Source: an uncultured delta proteobacterium
Lineage (GTDB): Bacteria > Myxococcota_A > Polyangia > Fen-1088
Assembly (NCBI GenBank): GCA_963737265.1
Contig: CAVTRY010000007.1
Span: 64,001 to 128,000, forward strand
Direction of reading: 5' to 3'
Length of the DNA: 64,000 nt
Shown: one piece after another, positions 20,405-33,121 of the stretch
Numbering within the stretch: position 1 is the first letter of the stretch
Layout of the letters: the number at the start of each line of letters is the position of its first letter
Made by a program: the position numbers and the translations under genes
Notes under the pieces: model-generated
Database searches by the model: none
What the model was told of the DNA's origin: nothing
Seen by the model: the letters and a program-made list of their open reading frames with translations, nothing else

Positions 20405-20539
20405 CTCTATCGCGAGGTACCCTTGCTGCTTCCCCAATATGTCTTTTCGGACAAGGTCACGACACCCATCGTGAAGGCCAAGTTCGGCGACTCCAGCGGC
20501 GTGCCCGGCGCTGCCTGGCTGTGGCCGCTCAAGAGGTAG
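20405..20539 (+). pseudogene. 3' remnant of a ROK-family sugar kinase (Mak/fructokinase-like)
   Basis: Reads [44 protein letters not shown], resembling the Mak C-terminal GDSSGVRGAAWLW motif. No 5' part is present. Confidence 0.75.
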
Positions 20540-20549
20540 GGCACCGGCT

Positions 20550-20798
20550 CTAGCGCCGGCGCATCTCGACGACGGTCGAGATGACCAGAAACAGGCCGAG
20601 CAAGATCCACACGACGCCCATGCGCAGATGGCGGCGCTGCTCGGGCCCACGAGCTTCTGCCCCAGCACCGTCCTCCTTGGCATCGTCCACCAGGCGAGGC
20701 GCGCGGGGCGCGGCCAAATACTTGGCGCGCAGGATTCCAAAAAGAATCAAGGTCGCGCCGACGGCATAGGGAATGGCGGGAGGAATGTTGATCTGCAT
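20550..20798 (-). CDS. Small two-TM hypothetical protein
   Basis: 82 aa with two hydrophobic helices, directly downstream of rny. Confidence 0.6.
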   Translation of the reverse strand: MQINIPPAIPYAVGATLILFGILRAKYLAAPRAPRLVDDAKEDGAGAEARGPEQRRHLRMGVVWILLGLFLVISTVVEMRRR

Positions 20799-20822
20799 TT
20801 TGGACGGTGGGTTTCCGGAGAG

Positions 20823-22388
20823 TTAGCTGGCGAGCTCCACGGCTTTGAATTCGCGGATTACGGTAATCTTGATCTGTCCGGGAAAGGTCATCTCGCGCGA
20901 AATGAGCGCCGCGATGTCGGTGGCGAGCCTGGCCGCGCCCACGTCGTTGATACGATCCTCCTCCACGTAGACCCGGACCTCGCGCCCGCCTTGGACGGCA
21001 AACGCCTCGCCCACGCCGCGGAAGCTGCGCGCGATTCGTTCGATCTCGGCTAACTTGGCCATGTGGTTGTCCTCGGTCTGGCGGCGCGCACCCGGGCGGC
21101 CACCCGACATGGCGTCGGCGGCGGCGACCAGGTGCGCGTAGGCACTGCCAAACGGCTCCTCGGTGTGGTGGGCACCGATGGCGTTCGCGACCACCTCGCG
21201 TTCGCCGAGCCGGCGCGCGTAATCCGCACCGATGAGGGCGTGCGATCCGTCGAGCTCGTGGGTGAGCGCCTTACCGATGTCGTGCAGAAGTGCCGCCCGC
21301 CGGGCCACCTTGACGTCGAGGCCAAGCTCGTCCGCCATCATCCCGCACAGAAAACCCGCTTCGACGGCGTGCTGCCATTGATTCTGCGCATAGCTGGTTC
21401 TGAAATTGAGCCGGCCCACCAGATTCACGATCTCGGGATGCGCGCGTTCGACGTGGAGCAAGGCGAAACCACGCCGGCCAAATTCGACGATCTCGCGATC
21501 GACCTCGGCGCTAACCTCGCGTGCGACCCGGGTGAAAACATCGCCGCGTAGCCCAGGCCGCCGAAGCATCCGACCGATGCAACGGCGGGCCACCTCGCGC
21601 CCCACGCCGTCGAGGCCTTCGATACGAATGGCATCGCCTTCTTCCGTGAAAACCAGGTGAACCCCGACCCCGGCGATCCCTTCGACGAGCTTGAGGTCGT
21701 CCTCGGTGATGGTCGGACGCTGAGCGCGGGACTCTTGCAGCGAGATGATCGACTGCGGCCTTTCGGAATAGAAATGGTCGGTCAAGCGGCCAACGGAGAT
21801 CCCCATCAGCCGTTTCGCAGCCCTGGCGACTTCGGTCGCCGACGCACCCTCGCTGGCGTTGCGCACGAGCTGCGCCGCCCCGACCCGGCCCTCGTCGATT
21901 TCCGCATCGGCCAGGGCTCGAATCGTCTGCTGCGCCGAGCTATTTGCTGCTTGTTCGAGTGCCTTCCTCCTCTGCCCGAGCAGCGAAGACAGCTCCGCAT
22001 CCAGCGCCTTCTTCTCTCGCTCGCGCTCCGCAAGAGGCGTCTCACGCTCCGTCAGATCGTTGCGCAGCTCATCGAGAGCGCGCGCTTCCTCGTTGGCTAG
22101 CACAGCTCGGCCCACCAGAGCGGCCTCACGTTCGGCAAGCTCGACTTGACGAGCACGCAGCTCTCCGTCGACCTGGGCGCGCAAAACCAGGGCATCCTCG
22201 CGCGCGGTCACTTCCGCTTGCATGCGCAGAGTTTGCCGCTCGCGCTCGGCGGCGGCGAGAATTCTGGCAATCTCCTGCGCGCGGGCGTGGCTAATCTGGC
22301 GCCCCCGAGCGCGCGCCTTGATGGCGAACCACAGGCCGGCGCAAGCGCCCGCCACTGCCGCCAGTATGACCGCCAGAGCAGCGGGCAT
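20823..22388 (-). CDS. rny: Ribonuclease Y-like protein (TM, coiled coil, degenerate KH, HD)
   Basis: RTSYAQN, ALLHDIGKA, AIGAHH, AADAMSGGRPGAR, AVQGGREVRV, FPGQIKITVIRE. Confidence 0.85.
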   Translation of the reverse strand: MPAALAVILAAVAGACAGLWFAIKARARGRQISHARAQEIARILAAAERERQTLRMQAEVTAREDALVLRAQVDGELRARQVELAEREAALVGRAVLANEEARALDELRNDLTERETPLAEREREKKALDAELSSLLGQRRKALEQAANSSAQQTIRALADAEIDEGRVGAAQLVRNASEGASATEVARAAKRLMGISVGRLTDHFYSERPQSIISLQESRAQRPTITEDDLKLVEGIAGVGVHLVFTEEGDAIRIEGLDGVGREVARRCIGRMLRRPGLRGDVFTRVAREVSAEVDREIVEFGRRGFALLHVERAHPEIVNLVGRLNFRTSYAQNQWQHAVEAGFLCGMMADELGLDVKVARRAALLHDIGKALTHELDGSHALIGADYARRLGEREVVANAIGAHHTEEPFGSAYAHLVAAADAMSGGRPGARRQTEDNHMAKLAEIERIARSFRGVGEAFAVQGGREVRVYVEEDRINDVGAARLATDIAALISREMTFPGQIKITVIREFKAVELAS

Positions 22389-22394
22389 GGTGCC

Positions 22395-25300
22395 TTACCC
22401 GATGGCCAACCCGAGGTGGCTGCGCAACTCGAAGTACTCTTCCGAGACACTCCACTGCAAGAGATCTCGGATCTTGTCCTTGGGATCGGCGCTGCCCACG
22501 GCAATCGGCTCGGCCAAAATCTGCTGCGCGGCGACCTCGATGTCGTTGCAAAGCAAGAACCCGGCGCGCGTCGACGTGTAGTCGACCGCAATCGCCCACT
22601 TGTGAAGATCCACGTCCGCCTTGCTTTCCAAGAAGCGACGCACGACCTCGGTGAGCTGTTCCAGGTGTTGCGGCGGCAAGAATCGCCGTAGCAGATCCAC
22701 GCGCTCGGCCACGGGCTGCTCCATCTCTCCCTTGACTGGCACCTTGGGTTGAACCAACTTGAGCGCCGCCAAGAAGAAGGCCTTGAGCTCGGAGACCTGC
22801 GGGACGATGCGCGGCCAGCGCATCACGTGATCCGAACGCAAAAGCGTCAGACGCTTGCCGAGCGCATAGGCCAGATCCTTCTCCTGCTTGCCCTGCAAGA
22901 GCGCGGCGCCCACGATCAGCGCCGGGCAAAGCTGTTGCCTGTCGCGCGCGCTGACGAATTCGATTTCGCCGGCCCAATCCTGGCGCAAGTACAGCTCGGG
23001 GCTGCTGACGCCCAAGATTTGGCTGGCGTAGACAAACACGCGGCTGAACATCAATTGGTCGGTGGCCAGATCGCGGCGATCCTTGCGCCGGATGCCGTAG
23101 TCCTTGTGTTCCTGGGCGCGGATGGCGATGACCGTCTGACTGATGTTGGCGAGCACCAGCGAAACGTAGCGATCCTCGTCGCGGTGGAAAATCTGTTTCT
23201 GCCAGTTTTCCTCGGTCAGGCGAGCCTTGACCCGCGCCAGGCCCTTGCCGCGGTACTGCTCGAAGAAGCGCAGCTCCTCGGCGTCGGCCTGCTTGAGATA
23301 GGCCAGCGTCGCGGCCACGCACCACACCTGGTCGTATTTGCCCGACTCGGCGTAAAGACGCCGCAGCGTCTTGAGCGACGGAACCATCTCCTTCGGATCC
23401 TTGGCGCGCGCGATGAGGAATCGGTATTCACGAATCGCCTTGTCGTAGCATTCCGGTCCCTGCACTTGGTACAGCTCGGCCAGGATTTGATGGCGCGAGG
23501 TATTCTCGCCTTCCAGTCGGACGCAAACCTCGAAGGCCTCGGCGGCCTCGCGGTACTGCTTGAGGCGCGAGCGATAGATCTCGCCGAGTCCGTGCCAAAG
23601 CGCGAGCTGCGTCGCCTTCTTCTCGGGCGTGACTTCTTGGCCGAGTCGTTTGATCATTTTGCGGTAGTTGCGCTGCTGGTTGGTCCAGTCCTTCTTGGCC
23701 GTCATGATCTTGTCGATGCGCTCGAACGGCTTGAGGTCGTCCGGACTCTCGTCGAGCGCCTGGTTGAACATCTCGACCGCCTCGTCGGGAGAGTGCAATT
23801 CGGTGTTGGTGATGATGCCGGCGGTTTCGAGGTACTTGGCCTTGGATTTTCCGGTTTCGAGATTGGCGAGCCGCATGAGGATCTCGACTGCCTTCTTCCA
23901 TTGCTTGGTTTCGTGCAGAAGGTCGAGCACGTCGACGAGCAGGTTGCGCGCATCGGGTTTGACCTCGATGGCTTCGAGATAGACCGCGATGGCCTTTTGG
24001 GAATTGGCCAGCTTGTCCTTGTAGATGGAGATAATCTCCTCGTGGAAGCGCAGCTTCTCTTCCACGCTCGCAAGGTGGGACAAAAGCGCACGCTTCTGCC
24101 TAATCACAGCCTCCCAATCGCCGGCCTCGGCGTACACCGCCGCCAGGGCTTCCAGCGTGGGCCGATGACCCGGTTGGATTTCGAGCGCTTTTTCGAACAT
24201 GTTGATGGCCTTCGCGCGCTCGCCCACCTTCATCTTGATGTTGCCGATGCGGTGGAATATCTCGACGATTTGATCGTCGCTCTGCGACTCGCGATGCTGA
24301 ACCATCACGGTCTGGTACAGTTTGAAAGCATCGTCCCACTGCTGGCGGCGGTAGAGCAGATCGGCCCGGTCAACCAGCGTCGGCAAATGGGTCGGATCCA
24401 GCTCGTAAGCGTGGCGGTAACACTTGAGCGCCTTCTCCTGATCGCCCAGCCTGTCAGCCGCTTTGGCCAGCCGGTAGTAAAGGACGTGAAGCTCTTTGTT
24501 GGCGCGCCGGTCGGTCTTGCGCGCCAGCATCTCGAGCACCGGAATGAGCGGGACCCACTCTTCGCGGCGGTAGTAGATCTCGGCCAGCGGCGAGGCGGCT
24601 TCGACGTGCTCGGGATCGAATTCGAGGGTCCGGGCGAAGAGATCCTTGGCCTTCTGCTCGTCGCCGAGCTCGGTCTGGTACAGCTTGCCCGCCTCAAAAA
24701 GCAGTCGAGTCTTTTCGAGGAGGTTCTGCGTGTGGGCCTCGGCCCGCACCATCATCTGAGCCGCCTTGAGCGAGTCGCCTCGGCGTTTGTAGAGGTTGAC
24801 CAGCGACAACATGCTCGGCACGTGGGTGGCGTCGATGCTGAGCGCATCGGACAGCCGTTCCTCGGCCGATTCCGGCATCTGCATGTGCTCGTCGAAGATC
24901 TTGCCCAGCCGGAAGCTCAAGTCGACCTTCTCCTTGGCTTCCACCACATGCACCAACCGCTCCATGATCTCGACCGCGCGATCCCATTGCTCGGTCTGCT
25001 CGTAGATGCGCGAGAGGCCCTTGAGCGCCTCCGTGTGATCGGGATCGAAGGTGAGGATGTCGTTGTATGCCTCGGCGGCGCGATCGGGATCGCGCAGCTC
25101 CTCTTCGAAGAGCTGACCCAAGGCCAGGTAAACCGCCGTGCGCTCCTGCACTTCGGTCTCGACTAGGATGTGGCGACGGTAGATGTCCACCAAGGCATCC
25201 CAATTGCGATCCCCGCGGTACAAGCGTTCAATGTCGCGATAGACGCGCAGTTGATGCTCATCGACTTCCAGCACGTGCTGCAAGCACTCGATGGCCCGAT

Positions 25301-28300
25301 CGGACTTGCCCGGCTGCTGCTCCCACACCTGCGCCATGCGTAAGTACAGGCTCACGCGCTCAGTGTCGGCGGGGGTCACTTCGAGTTGGTGCTCGAGGAC
25401 CTCGAGGTAGGCGTCAGTACGGCCGGCTTTGAGATAGAGCTGTTCGAGTGCCTTGAGCGCCGGCAGATTCTGCGGGTCGACGGTTAGCACCTCGCGGTAC
25501 GCATCCACCGCGCGCTCGTTGTCGCCGAGCCTCGTCTCCCACAGCTCGCCGACCTGCAGGCGCAACTTCACCGCCAGCTCGGTGTCGCTGACGACCTGGG
25601 ACTTCTTGCCCAAAACCTCGGCCAGGCGATCCCACGCCTGCGAGCGGCGATGCAAGCGCTCGAGCGCGTCGATGGCGCGCAGGCAGCGTTCATCGCTGCG
25701 CAAGGCTTGCTCGTACGCCGCCGTGGCCTGCCCAACATCGGCGAGTTGAACTTCAAACGCATCCGCCAAGGCCAGCAGGACGGCAACCTTACGCTCGGGA
25801 TCTTGCTCGATCTCGGCGTGCTTGGACAGGACGCCGACCAGCTCTTTCCACTGACCAAGCTTGCGGAAAAAATCGGCCAGCGCCGCCATGGCCCCGACGT
25901 GTTCCGAATCCAGGGTCTGCGCCTTCTTGGCCGCCGCGATGGCGTATTCGGTGTGATCCAAGGCCGAGTCGTACCAGCGGGCGATCTTGACCCACAGGTC
26001 GGCGGCCTGCTTGGGATCGTCCATTCCCTGCGCAACCTGGGTGTACTCGGTGAGCAGGTCGTTCCACTTGCTGGTCACCGTGGCCAGGCGCTCCAGCTCC
26101 TTGGCGACGTAGTCGTTCGAGTAGTCCTCGCGGAAGGCGGCCTGCAAGGTCACGAAGGCCGAGTCGCGATCGTCCATCTGCTCTTCGTAGACGGTGGCGA
26201 TGTCGCAAAGCAGGTGGATGCGTTCCGCCGGACCGTCGACATAGTCGATGCGCGCCAGCAGCAGCTCCACCAACCGCGGCCACACCTTGCGCTGGCGATA
26301 GAGCTCCTCCAGGGCTGTCGACGCTGGGGCGTTGGATGGATCGAGCTCGAGCACGCGCTCGTACGCCTCGGCCGCAGCGGCACCGTCGCCGATCTTGTCG
26401 GCCCAGACGGACGCGGTCTGCATGAGCACGTCGACCTTCTCGGCCGGCGAGGCGAGCGCCGCCACCCGGCGCTCCAGAACCTCCACGCACTCTTCCCAAC
26501 GTCCCTCTTGCGTGAACAGCGTCTCGAGAGCGGCCAGGGCGCGGAAATCCGTCGCATCGAGCTGCAGGACCTGGCGCCAAGCCTCCACGGCCGCGTCGAT
26601 GCGCATGAGGGTCGTCCCCTCGAGCTCGCCCAACTGCGCGTAGAGCTCCTTGATCTCGGCGTCCCCGAGTGCACGCGCGCCCACCGAGATCGTCCGGCGC
26701 AGCGTATCGGACAGCTCTTCCCAAGCGCCCGCGCTGCGATAGTTGTCCGCAATGGCCCGCAAAGCTTCCACGTCGCCGGGATCGATCTCGACGACCTTCT
26801 GCCAGCACTCGAGCGCATTGCGCTCGCGCCCTAGCTTCTCGCCCCACACCCGGCCCAAGCGCTTGTACACGGGAATGCGCGCTTCGGGCTCTTCCGTCGC
26901 GCGGATCTGACTGTCGAGAACCTCGGTGAGCTCGCGCCACTCGTCGGCTTGTTCGTGCAGGTCGGCCAGCGCCGAGAGCGCCACCGGATCCGCTCCGCGC
27001 AAATCGAGCACGCGCCGCCAGAGCTCGACTGCGTGTTCGCGTTGCCCGAGCACGTCCGAGGTGATCTTGGCCATGCGCGCGTAGCAATCGGACAAGGCTT
27101 GGTCGCCCGGCGCGATGTCGAGCATCTTTTCGTAGACGCCGTAGAGATCCTCCCAGCGCTCGGCGCGGAAATACAGACGCTCGAGCGCCTCAAGCGCCTC
27201 GGGCGAGCGCGATTCTTGTTCGAGCACGGCAAGGTAGCTCGCCACCGCGGCATCGGGATCGTCGATGACGTCGGCCAGCACCCGGCCAAGGCGCAGATGC
27301 ATTGCGACCAGTTGGCTGCCGTCTTCGCTGGTGGCGATACGCCGGCGAAGCACGTTGGCGAGCTTTTCGAAGTCGCCTTGCTTGTCGTAGACCCGATCCA
27401 AGAAAGCCAGGGCGGCGACGTCCTGGCCATCGAAACTCAATATCTGCCCGAGAATCTCCTCGGCCCGCGACAAGTCGCCAAGCTCGGTTTCGAAAACGGT
27501 GGCCAGACGCATGAGCACGTCCTTGCGCACTTCCGCATCGCTCGCCTTTCCAGCCGCCTCGGCCATGGTCGAGACGTACGTCTCCCACTGGTGGGTCGCA
27601 CGGGCCAGGCGCAACACCTCGTCGAGGGCCTGCTCGGAGGAGGGCGCTTCCACAACGGCGCGCGCCCACCAATCGAGGGCCGAGATCTGATCCACCAGTT
27701 TGCTTTCGGCGATGTCGGCCAGGCGGCGCAGGATGCGCTGGCGCTCCTCGGGTTGGGTCTCGGAAACCAGCTCCACCTGGTAGACACGCACGAGCTTTTC
27801 CCACTCTTCGCCGACGCGATAGAGCGGCTCGAGAACTTGGGCGATCTCGTGCTGCATGGAACCGCTCGCCATCAACCGTTCGAGGTTGGCGCGCGTGTCC
27901 TCGTGCTGCGGCGAAATCGTGAGAATTTCCTGATAGGCCTCGACGGCCTTCGGCAGATCGCCAAGCGCGACCTCGAGAATCTGCGCGAGGCGGTAGCTGA
28001 GCGAGACGATTTGCTCCTCGGTGTCGGCGAGGCGAATCTCGCGGCGAACGATGTCCGCCAACTCCTGCCAGCGCTCGGCCACGGTGTAGAGGCGGTCGAG
28101 GGCGACCAACCCGTCCTTGCGATCGGGCTCGGCCTCGGCCACGCGTTTGAAGGTCGCGATGGCCTTGTCGACCTCGCGCGTTTCTTCCTCGTACACGCGC
28201 GCTAGGCGCATGAGCATTTCGACCTGGAGGCGGCTATCGAGCACGCGATCGATCTCGGCTTCGATGGCGGCGGCCAGCTCGGGCCACCGACCGCTGGCCT

Positions 28301-31300
28301 CGGCCATGCGATCGAGGTGCGCGATGACCTCGGGATCGGCTGGATCCACGCGCATGGCGCGGCAGTAGGCGTCGAACGAGGCATCGAAGTTCGACAGCCG
28401 TCGTTCATAGATGCCCGCCACGATGCCAAGCAGTTCCACACGCCGGACCGGATCCTGCGTGTTGGTGATCATGACCTCGTAGGTGACGGCAACGCGATCC
28501 CAGTCGCCGGCCGATTCGTAGATCGGTTGCAGCACCTCCGCGGCGGCGATGGGCTCTTCCCCTCGCTGCATCATGCCTTCGATGGCACCCAGGGTGGGCG
28601 CGTGGGTCGGATCCATTTCCAAAACCCGCTTGTAGGCTTCGGTGGCGCGGGGCGGATCGTTGAGCTTCTCCCGCCACAGCTCGCCGATGCGGAAACGCAA
28701 GGAAACGACCTCCGCGGCGGAGCCGGACAGCTCGGTCTGGCGTTCGAGAACCGAAAGCAGGTCGTACCAGCGTTCGGTCTGCAAATACAGGCGATCGAGC
28801 GCCTGCATCGCTTCGACGTCGTCGGGATCGATGTCGAGCACGGACGAATAGGTTTCGATGGCGCGCGCCGGATCCTGGAGCTCGCGATCGTAGACCTGCC
28901 CCAGCACGAACAGGCGTGCCTTCTTCTGCGCCGGATCGGTAGCCAGCTCGGCCTGCTTGGCATAGATGTCCTTGAGGTCGTTCCACCGCTCAAGACGAAT
29001 AAAGAGACGCTCAAGATTGTCGAGAACCTCGCCGTCGCTCTCGTCGAGCGCCAGGGCGTGGCGATAGGCCTCGATGGCCTTTTCGGGATTGTCCAGCACC
29101 TCTTCCCAAAGCTTCGCGGCCCGCAAGCCGAGCTCTCGCTTTTCGGGAACGGCGTCCGTCATGTCGACCTTACGCTGAAGCAGGCCGACCAAGTTGGCGT
29201 AGTCGGCCACCCGCGTGTAGATGCGTTCGAGCGCATCGGCGGCGGCCACATCCTGCGGCGAGGCCGCGATGGCCCGTTGGTAGGCGTCGGCGGCGATCTC
29301 GGCACTGCCGAGCTCGTTTTCGGCCAAGCCCGCGATCACGTGGTAGACGGAGTTCTTGGTTTCGTCGGATTCGATGGTTTGCACCGCGGCTCGATAGCGC
29401 GCAACCAGGTCGTCGACGCAGCCGAGCGCTTTGGCCAGTCGCTCGCAGCGCGCCTGCGTCTCGCTGTCGAGCGAATCCTCGGCGAGGGCGCGGCCGAGAG
29501 TTTCATAGGCGCCTGCCGGCTCGTCGAGGCCATCCTCGCGCGCGGTCGCGATCTCGTGCAAAAGCTCAATCTTCCGCCGCAAGTCGGGCGTGTGACGTGC
29601 CTGGATCTCGAGCACCCTCACCAGGTTGCGAAAGTCGCTGCGTCCACGATACACCGGGTCGAGAAGCTCGGACAAGGCTAGCTCGTGCTCGGGAAGCGCC
29701 AGCAGATTCTTCGAGCGCGGCAATGGTTTCCTGGTGTGCAGGCTCGAATTCGAGCAGGCGGCGATAGGTCTCGATCGCCGACGAAAGATCGCCGAGCTGT
29801 CGCTCGCGCAGTTGACCCAGGCGCCAGAGCAGAGCCACTTGGTCTTCGGCCTGCGTGGCCAGCTCGAGCTGGCGCTGCAGATTGTCCGCCAGGTCAAGCG
29901 GCAGACCTTTTTGAGCGAACAGCCGGTCGAGTGCCCGCAACGCAACCGAGCTGTCGGGGTTGTCCCCCAAGACCTCTTTCCACGCCGCAATGGCTTCGTC
30001 TGGGTTGCCGATCGCCTCTTCCGAGATCGTCGCAATCCGCCCGTGAATCTCCTCGCGCTCTTCGGCCGCGTGCACGAGCTCGGCCTTCTTTTTCAGCGTC
30101 TCGACCAAATCCGGCCAGCGCTCGGTGCGCGTGTAGAGCCGCTCCAGCGCTTCGAGCGCCGAGGCATCCTCGGGCTCGATTTCCTGAGCCATGCGGAAAT
30201 ATTCCACAGCCTTGTCCGACTGGTTCAGCTTCTCGTCGTAGGCCACGGCGATGACGAGCAGCAGCTCACGCTCGAGCGCCAGGTCCAGCTTGAGATTGGC
30301 TTGGGCATCGCTGTAAATCGCCACCAGCGAATCCCACTTGCCCATCGTCTCGGCGAGCTCTTCGAGCGCCGTGCGCGCCTGGGTCGAAGCGGGATCTTCG
30401 GAAAACGCTGTGGCGTAGGCTTCGTAGGCTGCTTCGAGACGGCCAGCCTCGGCTTCTAGCGCTCCGATGCGCAAGAGCAGGGCAACCTTCGCGGCCGAAT
30501 TCTTCTCGCGCTTGAGCTTGATACGCTGGACTTCGATGAGCCGCTCGATCTCGTGCAGCGCTTCGTAGATCGGCTCCAACGCAGCCACGGCGGCCATCTG
30601 ATACTTCTTCGCACCGAGGTACGCTTCGAGGGCTGCGCGTGCGCCGGCGTGATTCGGATCGAGCGACAACGCTTCTTGGAAAGCCGCGACCGCCGGCCCT
30701 GGCGTGTCGAGGTGTTTCTGCAAGACTTCGCCGAGGGTGAACTTGAGGTCAGCGCACGCCGCTGCGTCGCTTGCCGACAGGGCAAGCTGGCGCTCGATGA
30801 TCTTGGCCAAATCTTGCCACTGCGCGGTCGCCTGGTAGAGACGGCCAAGGGCTCGCAGGGCTTGGAGATCGTCGGGATCGGTCTTGAGGATGTCGCGATA
30901 GAGAACGAGCGCCTTTCCAACGTCGTGAACCTGCTCTTCGTAGAGCAGGGCGAGCTGTAGGCGAACCTCGCGTTTTTCGGCATCGCTGCCGGCCATGCTC
31001 AGTTTCTTGTCGTAAATGGCCAACAACGCCTCGTGCTGCCCGGTCGCGATGTACAGCCGTTCGAGAGCGAACACCGCCTGCTCTTCGCTGGGAGCCTGCG
31101 CAAGCACCTGTTGGTTGCGTTCGATGGCGAGCGGGTAGTTGGCGAGCTCCTTCTCGTAAGCGTGTGCCAGAGTCGCGAGCAGCGGCAAGCTGTCGCGGCC
31201 CTGGGCGGCGTGCAGCGCGGCCTCGTACACCTGAACCAGGGACGCCCATTCGCCTGTTTCCGCCGCCAAGCGCTGGCCGAATTCCAGCGCCCACGGCTCC

Positions 31301-32785
31301 GTCGGACTTTCCGTCGTCGCCTGCAATGCCATGGCAAGGGCCGCGGGCTTTTCGCCTGCTTCGCTTTCCAGAATCTGCGTGATGCGGAGCATGCGCTCCT
31401 GGCGAAGCGTCGGCAGGGTCGTGTGGAGCAGCTGGACTTGCAGCGCGGACGCCAGTTTGTGCGCGTCCTTGGCCTTTTCGTAAATCGGAATGAGCGCCTC
31501 GGCCGCGACGAGGTTGCCCGCGTCGAGCGACAAGGTTTTCTCGAATGCCTTTTGCGCCTTGTCGAGCTTGGCCAGGCGGTCCTGGTAGAGCACCGCGATC
31601 TTATTCCACAGTCCGACGCGCGTGGGGCCGTCCTCGGTTTCAGCCTGTCTTTCCAGCACGCGCACGAATTCGTCCCACTTGCCCTGCAAGGAATAGAAGC
31701 CTTCGAGCGCGTCCCAATCCTTGTTTTGCAGGTAGAGCTTTCGCAAGGCGTCCTGTGCCCGGCGGTTGTCCGGCTCGGCTTCGAGCAGCGCCTTCCAAGC
31801 CGCGATGGCCTGATCCAGCTTCTGCAGCTTCTCGGTGTAGAGGATCGCGAGCTTGGACAGCGGTGTCCCGCGCTTGGCGGCGTCGTCGGTCAAGCTGACC
31901 TGTGTTTCGATCACGCCCGCAAGCTCGTCCCAGCGCTTCTCGCGCTCGTACAGCTTCTTCGAGCTCCGCCAGCGCCTCGACGTCGTCGGCACTGAGCTCG
32001 AGGACCTTTCGCCACAGCTCGATGGAGACGGCAGCCTTCTTCAGTTTCTCGGTGGCCAGCTTGGCCACCTCGGCCCATCGCCGCGCCCGTTCCGCCGGAT
32101 CGGCGATGCGACCGACTTCCTGGCGAAGCACCGCCACCAGGCGCTCCCAGTCCCGCCGCTTTTCGTACATCTGCTTGAGAAAGCTGATGGCCTCGGGATT
32201 GGCGGGATCGATCTCCAGGATCGCTTCGAAACACTTGATAGCCTCGGCCTGGTTGGAGAACTTGTCGATGTAAAGATTGGCCACGCGCAGGTGCAGCGCG
32301 ATCTTTTCCTCGGCCGACCCGACGAGAGCGACCTTTTTCCGCAGCCACGCAATGATATCGGGCCAGCGCGGAGTCGCGCTTGCTTCGAGCTGCGCAATCA
32401 GGGCATCCATCACCTGGAGGTTGCTGGGCTGAATGGCCAGGATGCGGTTGTACGAGTCGATGACGTTGACGTCGAGCTTGAGGTGCCGGCGGTAGATCTC
32501 GACCATTTCCAGCAGCAGCGGAATCTTGTCGTCCGCTGCCGGCCAGGCCACCTTCTCCACGGCTTCTTTCAGAACTTCGACAAACGCCTTCCACCGCTCC
32601 GCTTGCTTGTAGAGGCGCGCGAGCTCTCGGCGCGGCTCCCATGCGGTGGGCGCGCTGCCCGCTAGCTTCTTCCAGGCGTCGATGCCCTTCTCGACCGACT
32701 GTCGCTCGGCGTCCATGGCCAAGCCTGCCTGCTTGCGAAGCTCGGTGGGGAAGTCATCTACGGTAGCGTTCGGGATCAGATCCAT
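22395..32785 (-). CDS. gltI: Giant TPR protein, AgmK/GltI-like (~3460 aa), split by two +1 frameshifts (~31958, ~29710)
   Basis: Continuous TPR repeats (ALEALERLY...W..L) across three joined ORFs; located downstream of gltD-G. Confidence 0.78.
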
Positions 32786-33062
32786 GCCCACGTGTTCCTC
32801 CGGGATGAAATGGGGCCAACTAGGAGCCGAAACCGGGTGGCATCGCCTCCCGCCCAAGATGGGCTAAAAAGATGGGCTAAAACCGCGGAAAATGGAGCGT
32901 TTTCATATCACGCGCCCTGGCCTACTAACAACGAGAATGAGGTCTTGGTGGATGAAGTTCTGGCTAGGATAGATCCGCCTTGTGTGCCTTCAAAACAACG
33001 CGGCGGGAGTACGAGTGCGCTCACTCTACCCCTACTGACCTCGACTGCGCCCCTTAATGCAG

Positions 33063-33096
33063 CAAAGGCACCAGAAGCGAAAGACCTCTGGTGCCT
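33063..33096 (-). terminator. Hairpin, possible intrinsic terminator after the TPR lipoprotein gene
   Basis: 10-bp stem AGGCACCAGA/TCTGGTGCCT; only a short T run. Confidence 0.45.
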
Positions 33097-33121
33097 CATC
33101 TCACTAACTCTGGTTCTCTCT

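Noticed and set aside
20400-20550. 6S RNA candidate near rny
   Set aside because: The sequence is explained as a ROK kinase coding remnant.
22749-29681. Long plus-strand ORFs opposite gltI
   Set aside because: Antisense mirror frames from biased codon usage.
32856-32882. Short tandem duplication AAGATGGGCTAAAA
   Set aside because: Only two copies; could be an operator upstream of gltI, but there is no further support.
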